Assembly: GCA_041242255.1 (NCBI GenBank)
Contig: JBESAV010000001.1
Coordinates: 160,001-224,000, forward strand
Reading direction: 5' to 3'
DNA: 64,000 nucleotides
From: Candidatus Altimarinota bacterium
Lineage (GTDB): Bacteria; Patescibacteriota; Gracilibacteria; UBA1369; GCA-2718715
Part shown: piece by piece, positions 29,559 through 38,871 of the stretch
How the letters are laid out: every line of letters starts with the position of its first letter
How positions within the stretch are numbered: the stretch's first letter is position 1
The notes under the pieces: model-generated
Database searches by the model: none
Told to the model about the DNA's origin: nothing
The model's input: only the letters and a program-made list of their open reading frames with translations
Translations under genes and position numbers: made by a program

Positions 29559-30803
29559 ATGTCAAAAAACCGAGTAATTGCCAGCTTAGATGTAGGTAGC
29601 TCTAAAGTTAGGTGTGTCATCGGATATCTAGAAGACGGACAATCCAAACCAACAATAATTGGTATAGGTGTATCCCCTGCTAGTGGAATTCGCAAAAGCA
29701 TGATTATAGATGTAGAAGAAACTATCAGATCTATTACTTCAGCTTTAGAAGACGCAGAACGAATGGCCGGAGAACCTATCCACCACATATTCCTAGGAAT
29801 GGGTGGTCACCACATTGAGTCTACTAACTCAAAAGGTGTTATAGCTATTTCGCATCCTAGCGGAGAAATAATGGAAGACGATATAGATAGAAGTTTAGAA
29901 GCCGCCCAAGCACTATCAATACCAAACAACAGAAGAATACTTAGAATCATTCCAAAAATGTTCTCAGTAGACGAACAGAAAGGAATCAAATACCCAGTTG
30001 GTATGACAGGAATAAGACTTGAAGTAGATGCTCACATTGTTACTGGTATGACACCCGCAATCAAGAACCTTGAAAAATGTGTATTCCAAGCAGGTGTAGA
30101 TATAAACGATATTATTCCAAATAACTTAGCAGCCCCAGAAAGTATCCTAAACAAAAGACAAAAAGAACTAGGAGTAGTTGTAGTAGATATAGGGTCTGGA
30201 AGTACAAACGTTGCTGTATACGAAGACGGAACTATCCTCCACTCTGCAGTTGTACCACTAGGTGGTGAAAATGTTACTAATGACGTAGCAATAGGACTTA
30301 AAACTTCAATTGAAACAGCTGAAAAAATCAAAGTTGAATACGGAACATGCCTACCAGAAGAAATTCACGAGAAAGAACAAATTGATTTATCACTCCTTTC
30401 AAACATAGATGTACAACATGTTTCAAGAAAAACACTAGCTCAAATTATTCAAGCTAGATATTACGAGATATTCAGCTTAGTAAAAGATGAACTAATCAAA
30501 ATCAATAGAGACGGAATGCTTCCAGCAGGAGTTATCATCACAGGTGGAAGTTCAAAAATCCCTGGTTGCATCGACCTAGCTAGAGAGACACTTAAATTAC
30601 CTGTTCAGATTGGATTCCCACAAAACTTTGAAAGTGTTATCGAAAAAGTAGACGACCCAAGCTTCTCTACAGCTGTAGGACTTATGGTTTGGGGATCTAA
30701 ATTCCAAGGATCAGACCTAGGTCTAAACTTAAATCTTTCAAATATCCAAATTGGTAAATCCATCGAATCGATGAAAAGCTGGTTTAAAAACCTAATGCCA
30801 TAA
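29559..30803 (+). CDS. ftsA: Cell division protein FtsA
   Basis: LDVGSSK, VDIGSGST, TGGSSKIPG, C-terminal amphipathic helix. Confidence 0.97.
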   Translation: MSKNRVIASLDVGSSKVRCVIGYLEDGQSKPTIIGIGVSPASGIRKSMIIDVEETIRSITSALEDAERMAGEPIHHIFLGMGGHHIESTNSKGVIAISHPSGEIMEDDIDRSLEAAQALSIPNNRRILRIIPKMFSVDEQKGIKYPVGMTGIRLEVDAHIVTGMTPAIKNLEKCVFQAGVDINDIIPNNLAAPESILNKRQKELGVVVVDIGSGSTNVAVYEDGTILHSAVVPLGGENVTNDVAIGLKTSIETAEKIKVEYGTCLPEEIHEKEQIDLSLLSNIDVQHVSRKTLAQIIQARYYEIFSLVKDELIKINRDGMLPAGVIITGGSSKIPGCIDLARETLKLPVQIGFPQNFESVIEKVDDPSFSTAVGLMVWGSKFQGSDLGLNLNLSNIQIGKSIESMKSWFKNLMP

Positions 30804-30805
30804 AT

Positions 30806-30835
30806 CTGACTATTCAAATAACCTGACTATTCAAA
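30806..30835 (+). repeat. 13-bp direct repeat in the ftsA-ftsZ spacer
   Basis: CTGACTATTCAAA at 30806-30818 and 30823-30835. Confidence 0.8.
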
Positions 30836-32059
30836 ATGAAAAAAGACGACATCATACAAACAACACATCAGAACTCTGAAACAGAAGATAGACTAAGAAA
30901 CCTATTTTCCGGAAACAAAACCTCCAACAAAACAATGGAGTTCACTCCAGACATTACTCCTGTAGCTAAAATTAAAGTTATAGGTGTAGGTGGAGGTGGA
31001 AACAACGCTATTAACCGAATGATCCGCGCCAACCTTAAAGGTGTTGACTTCATAGCTGTAAATACAGATGCTCAAGCCCTATACCATTCAGAAGCTTCTC
31101 ATAAGATCAATATTGGTAAAGGCACTACCAAAGGTCTCGGTGCTGGAAGTAATCCAGACGCAGGTAGACAAGCAGCTGAAGAGAGTTCAGAAGAAATCAA
31201 AACACTTCTTGAAGGAGCAGACATGGTATTCATTACTTGTGGATTAGGAGGAGGAACAGGAACAGGTGCAGCTCCAGTAATTGCAGAAATATCAAAAGAA
31301 CTTGGTATTCTAACAGTTGGAGTAGTCACAAAACCTTTCTCATTCGAAGGACCAAAAAGAAAAAACCAAGGTGAGGAAGGTCTAAAATCTCTTAAAGAAA
31401 AAGTAGACACTTTGATCACCATTCCAAATGATAGAATTCTATCTATCATCGATAAAAAGACACCAATGACTGACGCCTTCACAGTAGTAGATGATGTACT
31501 GAGACAAGGTGTACAAGGAATCTCTGATTTGATCACTATCCACGGTATGATCAATGTCGATTTCGCCGATGTACAAACTGTAATGGCCAATGCAGGATCT
31601 GCCCTAATGGGAATCGGTTACGGAAGCGGAGAAGAAAGAGCTGTCGAAGCTGCCAGAGCAGCCATCAGCAGTCCCCTTCTCGAAATGGATATCGAAGGTG
31701 CCAAAGGAATATTATTCAATATTACTGGTGGAACAGATCTTTCTATGTACGAAGTAGATGAAGCTGCAAGAATCATTACAGAAGCTGCAGATCCGGACGC
31801 AACAATCATCTTCGGTTCTGTTATCAACGATAACTACACAGGTGAAGTTAAGATTACAGTAGTTGCAACAGGTTTTGATGAGGTAAACAAAAAGAAAAAA
31901 CTTAGACAAAACGGATTTACACCAAACCAACTAACTCAAAATCAATCACAACCTCAAGAACAAAACACGATCAGCCATCAACAAAATGCACCTCAAACAA
32001 GCTCTGAAGGAGAAAACGAATTAGATATCCCAGCCTTCATAAGAAAAAAACTAAAATAA
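30836..32059 (+). CDS. ftsZ: Cell division protein FtsZ
   Basis: [23 protein letters not shown]-terminal LDIPAFIRK. Confidence 0.99.
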   Translation: MKKDDIIQTTHQNSETEDRLRNLFSGNKTSNKTMEFTPDITPVAKIKVIGVGGGGNNAINRMIRANLKGVDFIAVNTDAQALYHSEASHKINIGKGTTKGLGAGSNPDAGRQAAEESSEEIKTLLEGADMVFITCGLGGGTGTGAAPVIAEISKELGILTVGVVTKPFSFEGPKRKNQGEEGLKSLKEKVDTLITIPNDRILSIIDKKTPMTDAFTVVDDVLRQGVQGISDLITIHGMINVDFADVQTVMANAGSALMGIGYGSGEERAVEAARAAISSPLLEMDIEGAKGILFNITGGTDLSMYEVDEAARIITEAADPDATIIFGSVINDNYTGEVKITVVATGFDEVNKKKKLRQNGFTPNQLTQNQSQPQEQNTISHQQNAPQTSSEGENELDIPAFIRKKLK

Positions 32060-32065
32060 ACCAAT

Positions 32066-32098
32066 AAAAAGCTTAATACTTTCAATTAAGCTTTTTTT
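32066..32098 (+). terminator. Rho-independent terminator
   Basis: AAAAAGCTTAAT...ATTAAGCTTTTT. Confidence 0.75.
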
Positions 32099-32119
32099 GT
32101 GTAAATATTTAAAAAAAGT

Positions 32120-32986
32120 ATGGAAATATTCAACCCATTTAGAGATAAAGACTTCGCCGAATACCAACTAAAATCAGGCAAAGCAAAGCAAATAATAAAT
32201 TTAGGTGAACAAATAGTCTACGTTTATCCCCTTTTTAAAGAATACACTATTTTATACACAACCAAAAAACACCATGCTCTAGCAGAATTAGCCAAAGAAC
32301 ATAAAGCTATCTACACACTAATCGAATCAAATCATCAACAAACTTCACCAACCAAAACCCAAAAAAAAATTAAAGAAATCATACCTCGCCACACTACAGC
32401 AATAGACCTAACTCAAAACGAAGAAAGTATACTCAAAAACATGCATCAAAAAGGGCGATATAATATCCGACTAGCCAAAAAGTATAGCCTTATCATACAA
32501 GAATCTAAAGATATAAAAAGCTTCTACAACATCCTTAAAAAAACAGCAAAAAGAGACAACTTCCATATAAATCCTCTACATTTTTATGAGTCCATGCTCA
32601 ACATTCTAGGACCAAAAAAGAAAGCCAAATTATTTTTAGCCTTTCACCCAGGTCACCCTGACACACCAATCGCAGGAATCCTAAATACGTATATAAAAAA
32701 GACCGCTACATATTACTATGGAGCTTCAGATTATGATTTCAGAAAATTCATGGCCCCTTACCTACTCCAATGGCACGCGATTCAAGATGCAAAATCAAAC
32801 GGATTCCACACCTATGACTTCTTAGGAATTGCCGATCCAACAAACCCAAAAGACCCACTCAATGGAGTCACAAGATTCAAAAATAAATTTGGAGGAGACC
32901 ACATCCAATACACTAACGGAAAGATCATCCCACACAAAAAACTCCTCTACACACTCCTCAAACTCAAAAAACTAATTAGAGGATAA
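32120..32986 (+). CDS. FemABX family peptidoglycan interpeptide aminoacyltransferase
   Basis: KGRYNIRLA, YYYGAS, PYLLQW, YDFLGI, GVTRFKNKFGG. Confidence 0.9.
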   Translation: MEIFNPFRDKDFAEYQLKSGKAKQIINLGEQIVYVYPLFKEYTILYTTKKHHALAELAKEHKAIYTLIESNHQQTSPTKTQKKIKEIIPRHTTAIDLTQNEESILKNMHQKGRYNIRLAKKYSLIIQESKDIKSFYNILKKTAKRDNFHINPLHFYESMLNILGPKKKAKLFLAFHPGHPDTPIAGILNTYIKKTATYYYGASDYDFRKFMAPYLLQWHAIQDAKSNGFHTYDFLGIADPTNPKDPLNGVTRFKNKFGGDHIQYTNGKIIPHKKLLYTLLKLKKLIRG

Positions 32987-33469
32987 TCACATCACCAAAC
33001 CATCAACAACCTTATCCACAAACAAAACACCATTCAAATGGTCTAGTTCATGCAAGAAAACCCTCGCATCTAAATCTCTCAAAGTCTGCTTAACCACTTC
33101 CCCATCCAAATCCTGGTACTCAACCTCTATCTCCCTAGAACGCAAAACATTCCCGTACTTACCTGGTAAACTCAAACAACCTTCTTCAGCAATTCCAACT
33201 TCTTCAGATTCTCTCAAGACCTTAGGGTTAACCACAACCACATCTCTCTCTGCTTTCGAACCGGCACCATAAGTAAAAATAAATATCCTAGCATCCACCC
33301 CAACCTGAGGCGCAGCTATTCCAATTCCTGGAGCCTTAGGATCATGCATTGTCTCTATCATTTCTTTAGCCAGCTTCTCTAACTCATTATCAAACTCAAC
33401 CACTGGAGCACAAACAGTCCTTAATATCTTTTCATTCTGACCTTTAACAACTCTAAGCATAAATAACAA
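32987..33469 (-). CDS. def: Peptide deformylase
   Basis: GIGIAAPQVG, EGCLS, HELDHLNG. Confidence 0.97.
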   Translation of the reverse strand: MLFMLRVVKGQNEKILRTVCAPVVEFDNELEKLAKEMIETMHDPKAPGIGIAAPQVGVDARIFIFTYGAGSKAERDVVVVNPKVLRESEEVGIAEEGCLSLPGKYGNVLRSREIEVEYQDLDGEVVKQTLRDLDARVFLHELDHLNGVLFVDKVVDGLVM

Positions 33470-36028
33470 TTATTTAACTTTTGCTACCTTAGCCTTAAGA
33501 CGTTTCTGGGCATCATAACTAAGATCTGCAAAATACTCTCTTAAAATATCATGAAATTTCTTATCATGAAAAACAATATGAAAGTGGTTATCGTGATTTA
33601 TAATCGAAACCTTACCTTCAGAAGCATATTCAGCTATAATCATTTCCACAATTTTTTTCTCAGATTCTTCAAAATTTGCCTCTCTAAGATCAAACGCCTG
33701 CCCATACAAATGAAAACTTCTTTCAACTGAATCCTGAGCTTTTTGCGCTTCTACATCTCTAAAAGTAGAGGTTATCTGTAAATGCTTACCAGTACTTTCA
33801 TAAACTCGTCTAGATATCTCGGCATACAAAGGGAGATACTTTTTCCATATATACATTCTATTCCGATCATCAATCTCGTAATACTTATCACTATTTATGC
33901 CTTTATTTAGATGTCTACCATTCTTATAGAATCTAATTTGATCATCTAAACCAACACTCTTAGTCGTTCCTTTAACAGCTAAACGAATATATCTATAATC
34001 CTCTCCTACTAGTGCTTTAATCTCTTCCTTATCATCCAAAAAATGCAAGACTTTATCCTTATAGTAAGTCTCATAACTTCTTTGTGAGAACAATGGACCA
34101 TTACCATATAGTTTTGTACCCTTAAGATTATTCTCCAATGATTTTCTTTTATAATAATAATAATTATACGGAGCTCCAAAACTGTCATCCAATTCAAACT
34201 CACCAAACTTATTTCGTGTCGCCTCAATTTTCAGATAATACCAAAGTCCATCCAAACCAAAACTTGCATTTGCAAACTTCTTAGAATATTTCTTATCTCT
34301 TTCATTAAACGCTTTTCTCTGCTCTTTAGTCGCTCTTGACAATAAATAAACTTTTCCAATCAAATGATTCGCAAACTCAGGCTTAATATTTGCCACTTTT
34401 CTTTTCCCTCCTTCATAATACTTTTCATCAAATTTCTCTTCATTATGATTCAGTAAAAAATAATCAACTAAGTTACTTCCCGAAACATTACCCTGATTGT
34501 ATGAAGTTAACAATATAGGAACAAATACATTTCTAAATGCATTTTCCGACCCATAAAAAATCTTTTGATTTTTCTCACTCGCAATCCGAGGAATCACCAA
34601 ATCATAGAAAGTCATCATTTCAATAATATCCCTAGAACCTACTGTACCTTTATAATCATTGTAATGCTTAGTTCTTAATGAACTAGATTTAATTTTTTTT
34701 GCAATATCAGTACTCGCAGGCTCTGTTATCTGAGCTATACCTCTAGCACCTGCACTACTAACCCTACCATCCTTGAAACTACTTTCCTGAGCTATCTGAG
34801 CTATCACCAAATCATAAAACTCATCTTCTAACCCATATTTTTTAATAGCTTTAACTAAATCACTACCTGACATCACCTCAAGATATGAATCATATCCCAA
34901 ACGCATATCTCTAGCATACAACTCTTCATATCTTCGAAATACGTCTTCTGGAGTATCTACCATGTACTCTTTATTCCAACTAACCTGAGATCTAAACATT
35001 GAGTTAGCCAAAGTAATAGACGACTCATTGTACTCTAATGTAAATCCATCTTTACCAGCTCTAAACTTATCATGAATAGCCTGAGTCTTCACAGCATTTG
35101 ATTTACCTTTATAAACAGTTTCACCAATCATTTTAAGATCATCATTTATATCAAAATACTTGAACTTAACCTGCCCTTTCTCATGACTATCCCAAAGATC
35201 AATCAACTCTTTACTTAAATCAGTCATTTCAACATCAGACTCTACTTTATCTTCAACTTTTTGTTGTATCTCTTTACTAGAACCTTCATCAATCTCAACT
35301 GACTGATCCATTTCTTTACTCATATCAGATACCTCTTCATTTTCTTCTATTCTGATCGCTTTAAAATTCTTTCTTTCACCTCCACTCTCTACACTTTCCA
35401 CAAACTCAAAACCATCCAAAAGCGACCCATCTTCATTACGTAAACCAGAGAAAACCAAATCACTCTCACTCCATTTATCTTTTGTATCTAAATAAGCAGA
35501 ATCAATTGGCTTAACAGCTCCACTCTTACTGTAGTACCCTTTGTACATAACCAGCCTTCCATCGCGCAAAAAACAACATTCAGCCGTCACAGTCTCTTCT
35601 GTACTCCAATTATCTTTTCCTAGCAACTCATCTCTCAAAGCAGGCACAACCTTATAATTTTTTCGCTCTTCTCCATCAGTCACTTCATCTAAAAAACGAA
35701 AACCTTTTTTAGGATCCCCATCTATAAGCAAACCTACTCTCTCAGCTTCTTCTTTCGTCCAAGTATCCTCATTCTCTAAATATTCAAGATAGGTAGCATA
35801 TTCTTCATTCCGCATAATTGCTTCAGGAGATTTATCTGACTTAGACATAACATCAACTACCTTTCTTAAAACCTCATTTTCACCCCCTATCTCTACTCCT
35901 GAATCTTTACAACCAACTTGAGATAAATAAGTTAAAAAAACACCAGAAACCAACAACAATCTAAACAAATCAAAATTCACAAAATTAACTCTACTATCAA
36001 CGCCTTCTATTTTTCTATAATTAAACAA
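33470..36028 (-). CDS. Large putative lipoprotein with SLT lytic transglycosylase and C-terminal M15-type peptidase domains (start may be GTG ~35980)
   Basis: IAQESS...SSAGARGIAQI...SYNQG (SLT); LQITSTFR...SFHLYGQAFDL...HFHI (M15); LSQVGC lipobox-like. Confidence 0.75.
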   Translation of the reverse strand: MFNYRKIEGVDSRVNFVNFDLFRLLLVSGVFLTYLSQVGCKDSGVEIGGENEVLRKVVDVMSKSDKSPEAIMRNEEYATYLEYLENEDTWTKEEAERVGLLIDGDPKKGFRFLDEVTDGEERKNYKVVPALRDELLGKDNWSTEETVTAECCFLRDGRLVMYKGYYSKSGAVKPIDSAYLDTKDKWSESDLVFSGLRNEDGSLLDGFEFVESVESGGERKNFKAIRIEENEEVSDMSKEMDQSVEIDEGSSKEIQQKVEDKVESDVEMTDLSKELIDLWDSHEKGQVKFKYFDINDDLKMIGETVYKGKSNAVKTQAIHDKFRAGKDGFTLEYNESSITLANSMFRSQVSWNKEYMVDTPEDVFRRYEELYARDMRLGYDSYLEVMSGSDLVKAIKKYGLEDEFYDLVIAQIAQESSFKDGRVSSAGARGIAQITEPASTDIAKKIKSSSLRTKHYNDYKGTVGSRDIIEMMTFYDLVIPRIASEKNQKIFYGSENAFRNVFVPILLTSYNQGNVSGSNLVDYFLLNHNEEKFDEKYYEGGKRKVANIKPEFANHLIGKVYLLSRATKEQRKAFNERDKKYSKKFANASFGLDGLWYYLKIEATRNKFGEFELDDSFGAPYNYYYYKRKSLENNLKGTKLYGNGPLFSQRSYETYYKDKVLHFLDDKEEIKALVGEDYRYIRLAVKGTTKSVGLDDQIRFYKNGRHLNKGINSDKYYEIDDRNRMYIWKKYLPLYAEISRRVYESTGKHLQITSTFRDVEAQKAQDSVERSFHLYGQAFDLREANFEESEKKIVEMIIAEYASEGKVSIINHDNHFHIVFHDKKFHDILREYFADLSYDAQKRLKAKVAKVK

Positions 36029-36053
36029 AACTCCCTAATTAAATGTAGGGAGT
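36023..36053 (-). terminator. Probable terminator of the 36088-37608 gene
   Basis: ACTCCCTA/TAGGGAGT stem followed by TTTGTTT on the minus strand. Confidence 0.55.
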
Positions 36054-36087
36054 ATCATAAAATCTAACCCTACTTTTGTCAAACTAA

Positions 36088-37608
36088 TTACTCATCACCT
36101 TCTTCAACTTCAAACCCTCCAACCAATTGGTTACCACCAAGGTCTTCTTCAGGCATTTTTGACATTCCTCCCTCAGCATCACCACCCATATCATCTTGTG
36201 GCATTTCTGACATTCCTCCTTCAGAAGGACTTCCCATATCTTTCTCTTCAGGAGCAGAGGTACTAAAAGCGTTCTTCACATAATTTTTAGCAGTTTCAAA
36301 CACGGATCCGTTAGTAGCAGCTTCGACACCTTCTTGTACTCCACTTTTTGCAGCTTCAACTGCAGCCTTTGGATCAACTTTTATAGCATCCATAATTGCT
36401 TCTACCTGAAAGTCTTGTTCACCCTCCTTTAGAAGAGATTTAATTTTATCTTCATTTCCTTCTAAAACTTCTGCAAAAGCTTCTGCATCACCATTGTAAT
36501 GCACAAACCTTTCTAAAATAACACCTCTCAACTCTTGTTTCTGCTCAGAGGTTAAATTATCAAGATTATTCAAACCTTCATTCATTTCAGCACTCAAGTC
36601 TGCTTCTTTCTCATACCAAGCATCATCATTTTCAACTGCCTTCTTAGGAGTTGATTTTGGTCTATCGATATAGTTTCTAATGTTCTTGAATTGTTTATAT
36701 TTTGAAACAGCTTCAGTACCTGTTACACGATCTATAATAGTCCCTTCTTTATAATCTTTTTTCAATCTCTCAAAGGTATTAGGGCCAAATTTACCATCAA
36801 CTTTAAGCTCTTTTATCTGTTGGTAAGCTGCGATAATGTAAGCTACATCTCTAGTTGTGAACTTATTAATTGTATCCAATAATGGTTTTGGTGACTTTAA
36901 GCCATAAGAAGTAGATTCAACTAATTCTTTTAAAGCAATCTGTAAAAGAATTTGATCACCTTCAAAGGTAGCCAATGGATCTTCTAAATTAGAAGAACAA
37001 TAAACAAACCTCATTGATTCAGCTCTATTCAAATGATCTGTACCAACATTTATTTCATAATCTTGTTCAAGCTTAGCCTCTAACTGCTGCATATAATTAC
37101 GACGTGCAACATCTGGATCCTCTAAAACAACCTCAACTTGCTCAACAGGCTCCTCTTTCTTCTCAGGAGCTTTTTCTACTGGCTTCTCAGTTCGATCAGC
37201 CTTCTCTAGCGCAACTGTAGAAGTAAACATCAATGCTGCCTGATCCAATCCTTTAGCAGCATCTAAGATAGCTAGCCTATCTTTTTTACCAATCGCTTCT
37301 CGTAACTGACCAAGATATATACCATAAAGATCAGCTTTTTCTCTATTAGTTCCCAGTGATCTCATTTTTTTCAAAGCACCCCTAGCCAATGAGTACATCC
37401 CGTTAGCATTTTCAGGAATACCAAAATCAATCGCCTCTACGTTATTAGTATAAGACTCATGCATAACATCCATATCTGTCATGATTGCTTCCACAACTTT
37501 TCTCTCTTCCTCAGGCATCTTTGGCAAGTTAGTCGCCAAACTGTCCTTCAATTGATCATTAGCGGCCTTTACTTCGTTAGAGCCACCAAATCTTTCTCTT
37601 CCAGCCAT
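36088..37608 (-). CDS. Acidic helical protein with a peptidoglycan-binding-like motif and C-terminal repeats
   Basis: AYQQIKELKVDGKFGPNT (PG_binding_1-like); EGGMS-MP repeats. Confidence 0.7.
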   Translation of the reverse strand: MAGRERFGGSNEVKAANDQLKDSLATNLPKMPEEERKVVEAIMTDMDVMHESYTNNVEAIDFGIPENANGMYSLARGALKKMRSLGTNREKADLYGIYLGQLREAIGKKDRLAILDAAKGLDQAALMFTSTVALEKADRTEKPVEKAPEKKEEPVEQVEVVLEDPDVARRNYMQQLEAKLEQDYEINVGTDHLNRAESMRFVYCSSNLEDPLATFEGDQILLQIALKELVESTSYGLKSPKPLLDTINKFTTRDVAYIIAAYQQIKELKVDGKFGPNTFERLKKDYKEGTIIDRVTGTEAVSKYKQFKNIRNYIDRPKSTPKKAVENDDAWYEKEADLSAEMNEGLNNLDNLTSEQKQELRGVILERFVHYNGDAEAFAEVLEGNEDKIKSLLKEGEQDFQVEAIMDAIKVDPKAAVEAAKSGVQEGVEAATNGSVFETAKNYVKNAFSTSAPEEKDMGSPSEGGMSEMPQDDMGGDAEGGMSKMPEEDLGGNQLVGGFEVEEGDE

Positions 37609-37663
37609 AATAATTTTTTAAATATTCCACTTATAATAGCATATCTTCATAATCATTACAACT

Positions 37664-38758
37664 CTACACACCTCCCTCAACTTCTGCCTCAATAAAACCA
37701 TGAATATTTCCTTCAAAAACTGAGTCAGGATTTGATTCACTATAATCAGTTCTATGATCCTTAACCATCTTATATGGATGTAACACATATGACCTAATCT
37801 GATGCCCAAAACTCATATCATTCTTATCCCCACGCAACCCATCAACTGTCTCCATATTTCTATCATGCATCAGCTTCACAAGCTTAGACTGAAGCATACT
37901 CATCGCATTCTCCTTATTTTGATGCTGACTTCTTTCTGTTTGCGATGAAGCCACTATACCAGTTAGCACATGCGTAATCCTCACTGCCGAATCAGTTGTG
38001 TTCACATGTTGACCACCAGCTCCAGACGCCCTGAAAGTATCAACCCTCAAGTCACTCTCATCTATCTCCACATGATCCGACAACACAAGCTCAGGTAAAA
38101 CATCAACCATTGCAAATGAAGTTTCTCTAGTGTTCCCAGAGTTGAAAGGAGAAAGTCTTACCAACCTATGCAGGCCATGCTCATATTTCAAAAATCCATA
38201 TGCAAACGGACCTTTTATCTTCATAGAAACATTCTTCATACCACTATCAGTTGGATTCTCCTCGATCAACTCAACTTTGAAGCCTTGTTTCTCAGCATAT
38301 TTCATATACATACGTGCAAGCATACCGGTAAAATCCTGTGCATCATCCCCTCCCATTCCACAGATAACAGATAAAATCACATTTTTCTTATCAAATTTAC
38401 CAGACAAGAAATTCTCAATATTTAACTTTTTAAAATCTTTAAAAACTTTGTTATAAAACTCTTCAAACTCTACATGTTCATCAGAAGAAGGCTTTTCAAA
38501 GTCCAACTCCTCAACCAACTCCAACAAATACTTACAATCCTCCAGCACTTTCTCCCACCCATCAACATTCTTTTCTATATGTGAAACTTCAGTAGAAACC
38601 TCAGCAGCATGATCTGGATTATCCCAAAAACCAGGCTTTAACATCTCTTTCTCAAGCTCAGATTTTTTATCTCTTAGTTTATCTAGATCAACACTTTCAA
38701 TACCCCTTTCAATCTGCTCCAACAAGCTTTCTAGCTCTTTTTTATACTCAATCATCAT
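37664..38758 (-). CDS. prfB: Peptide chain release factor 2 (no frameshift)
   Basis: HRLVRLSPF (SPF motif), GAGGQHVN, QIRSYVLHPY; ATG at 38758 or 38755. Confidence 0.96.
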   Translation of the reverse strand: MMIEYKKELESLLEQIERGIESVDLDKLRDKKSELEKEMLKPGFWDNPDHAAEVSTEVSHIEKNVDGWEKVLEDCKYLLELVEELDFEKPSSDEHVEFEEFYNKVFKDFKKLNIENFLSGKFDKKNVILSVICGMGGDDAQDFTGMLARMYMKYAEKQGFKVELIEENPTDSGMKNVSMKIKGPFAYGFLKYEHGLHRLVRLSPFNSGNTRETSFAMVDVLPELVLSDHVEIDESDLRVDTFRASGAGGQHVNTTDSAVRITHVLTGIVASSQTERSQHQNKENAMSMLQSKLVKLMHDRNMETVDGLRGDKNDMSFGHQIRSYVLHPYKMVKDHRTDYSESNPDSVFEGNIHGFIEAEVEGGV

Positions 38759-38871
38759 TAACAATAAATATTACAATTATTCTAACAGAAATAATTTCAA
38801 CAAACCAAATCTCAATTTCATCTCCCCAAATCAAGCCACATACTATACTATGCAAACACTTAAAAAAGCCT

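Noticed and set aside
29549-31930. Long antisense ORFs over ftsA/ftsZ (similarly over rnj, mfd and the BspA gene)
   Set aside because: Mirror frames caused by codon bias of the sense genes.
33012-33020. TTATCCACA DnaA box inside def
   Set aside because: Isolated and explained by coding sequence (FVDK).
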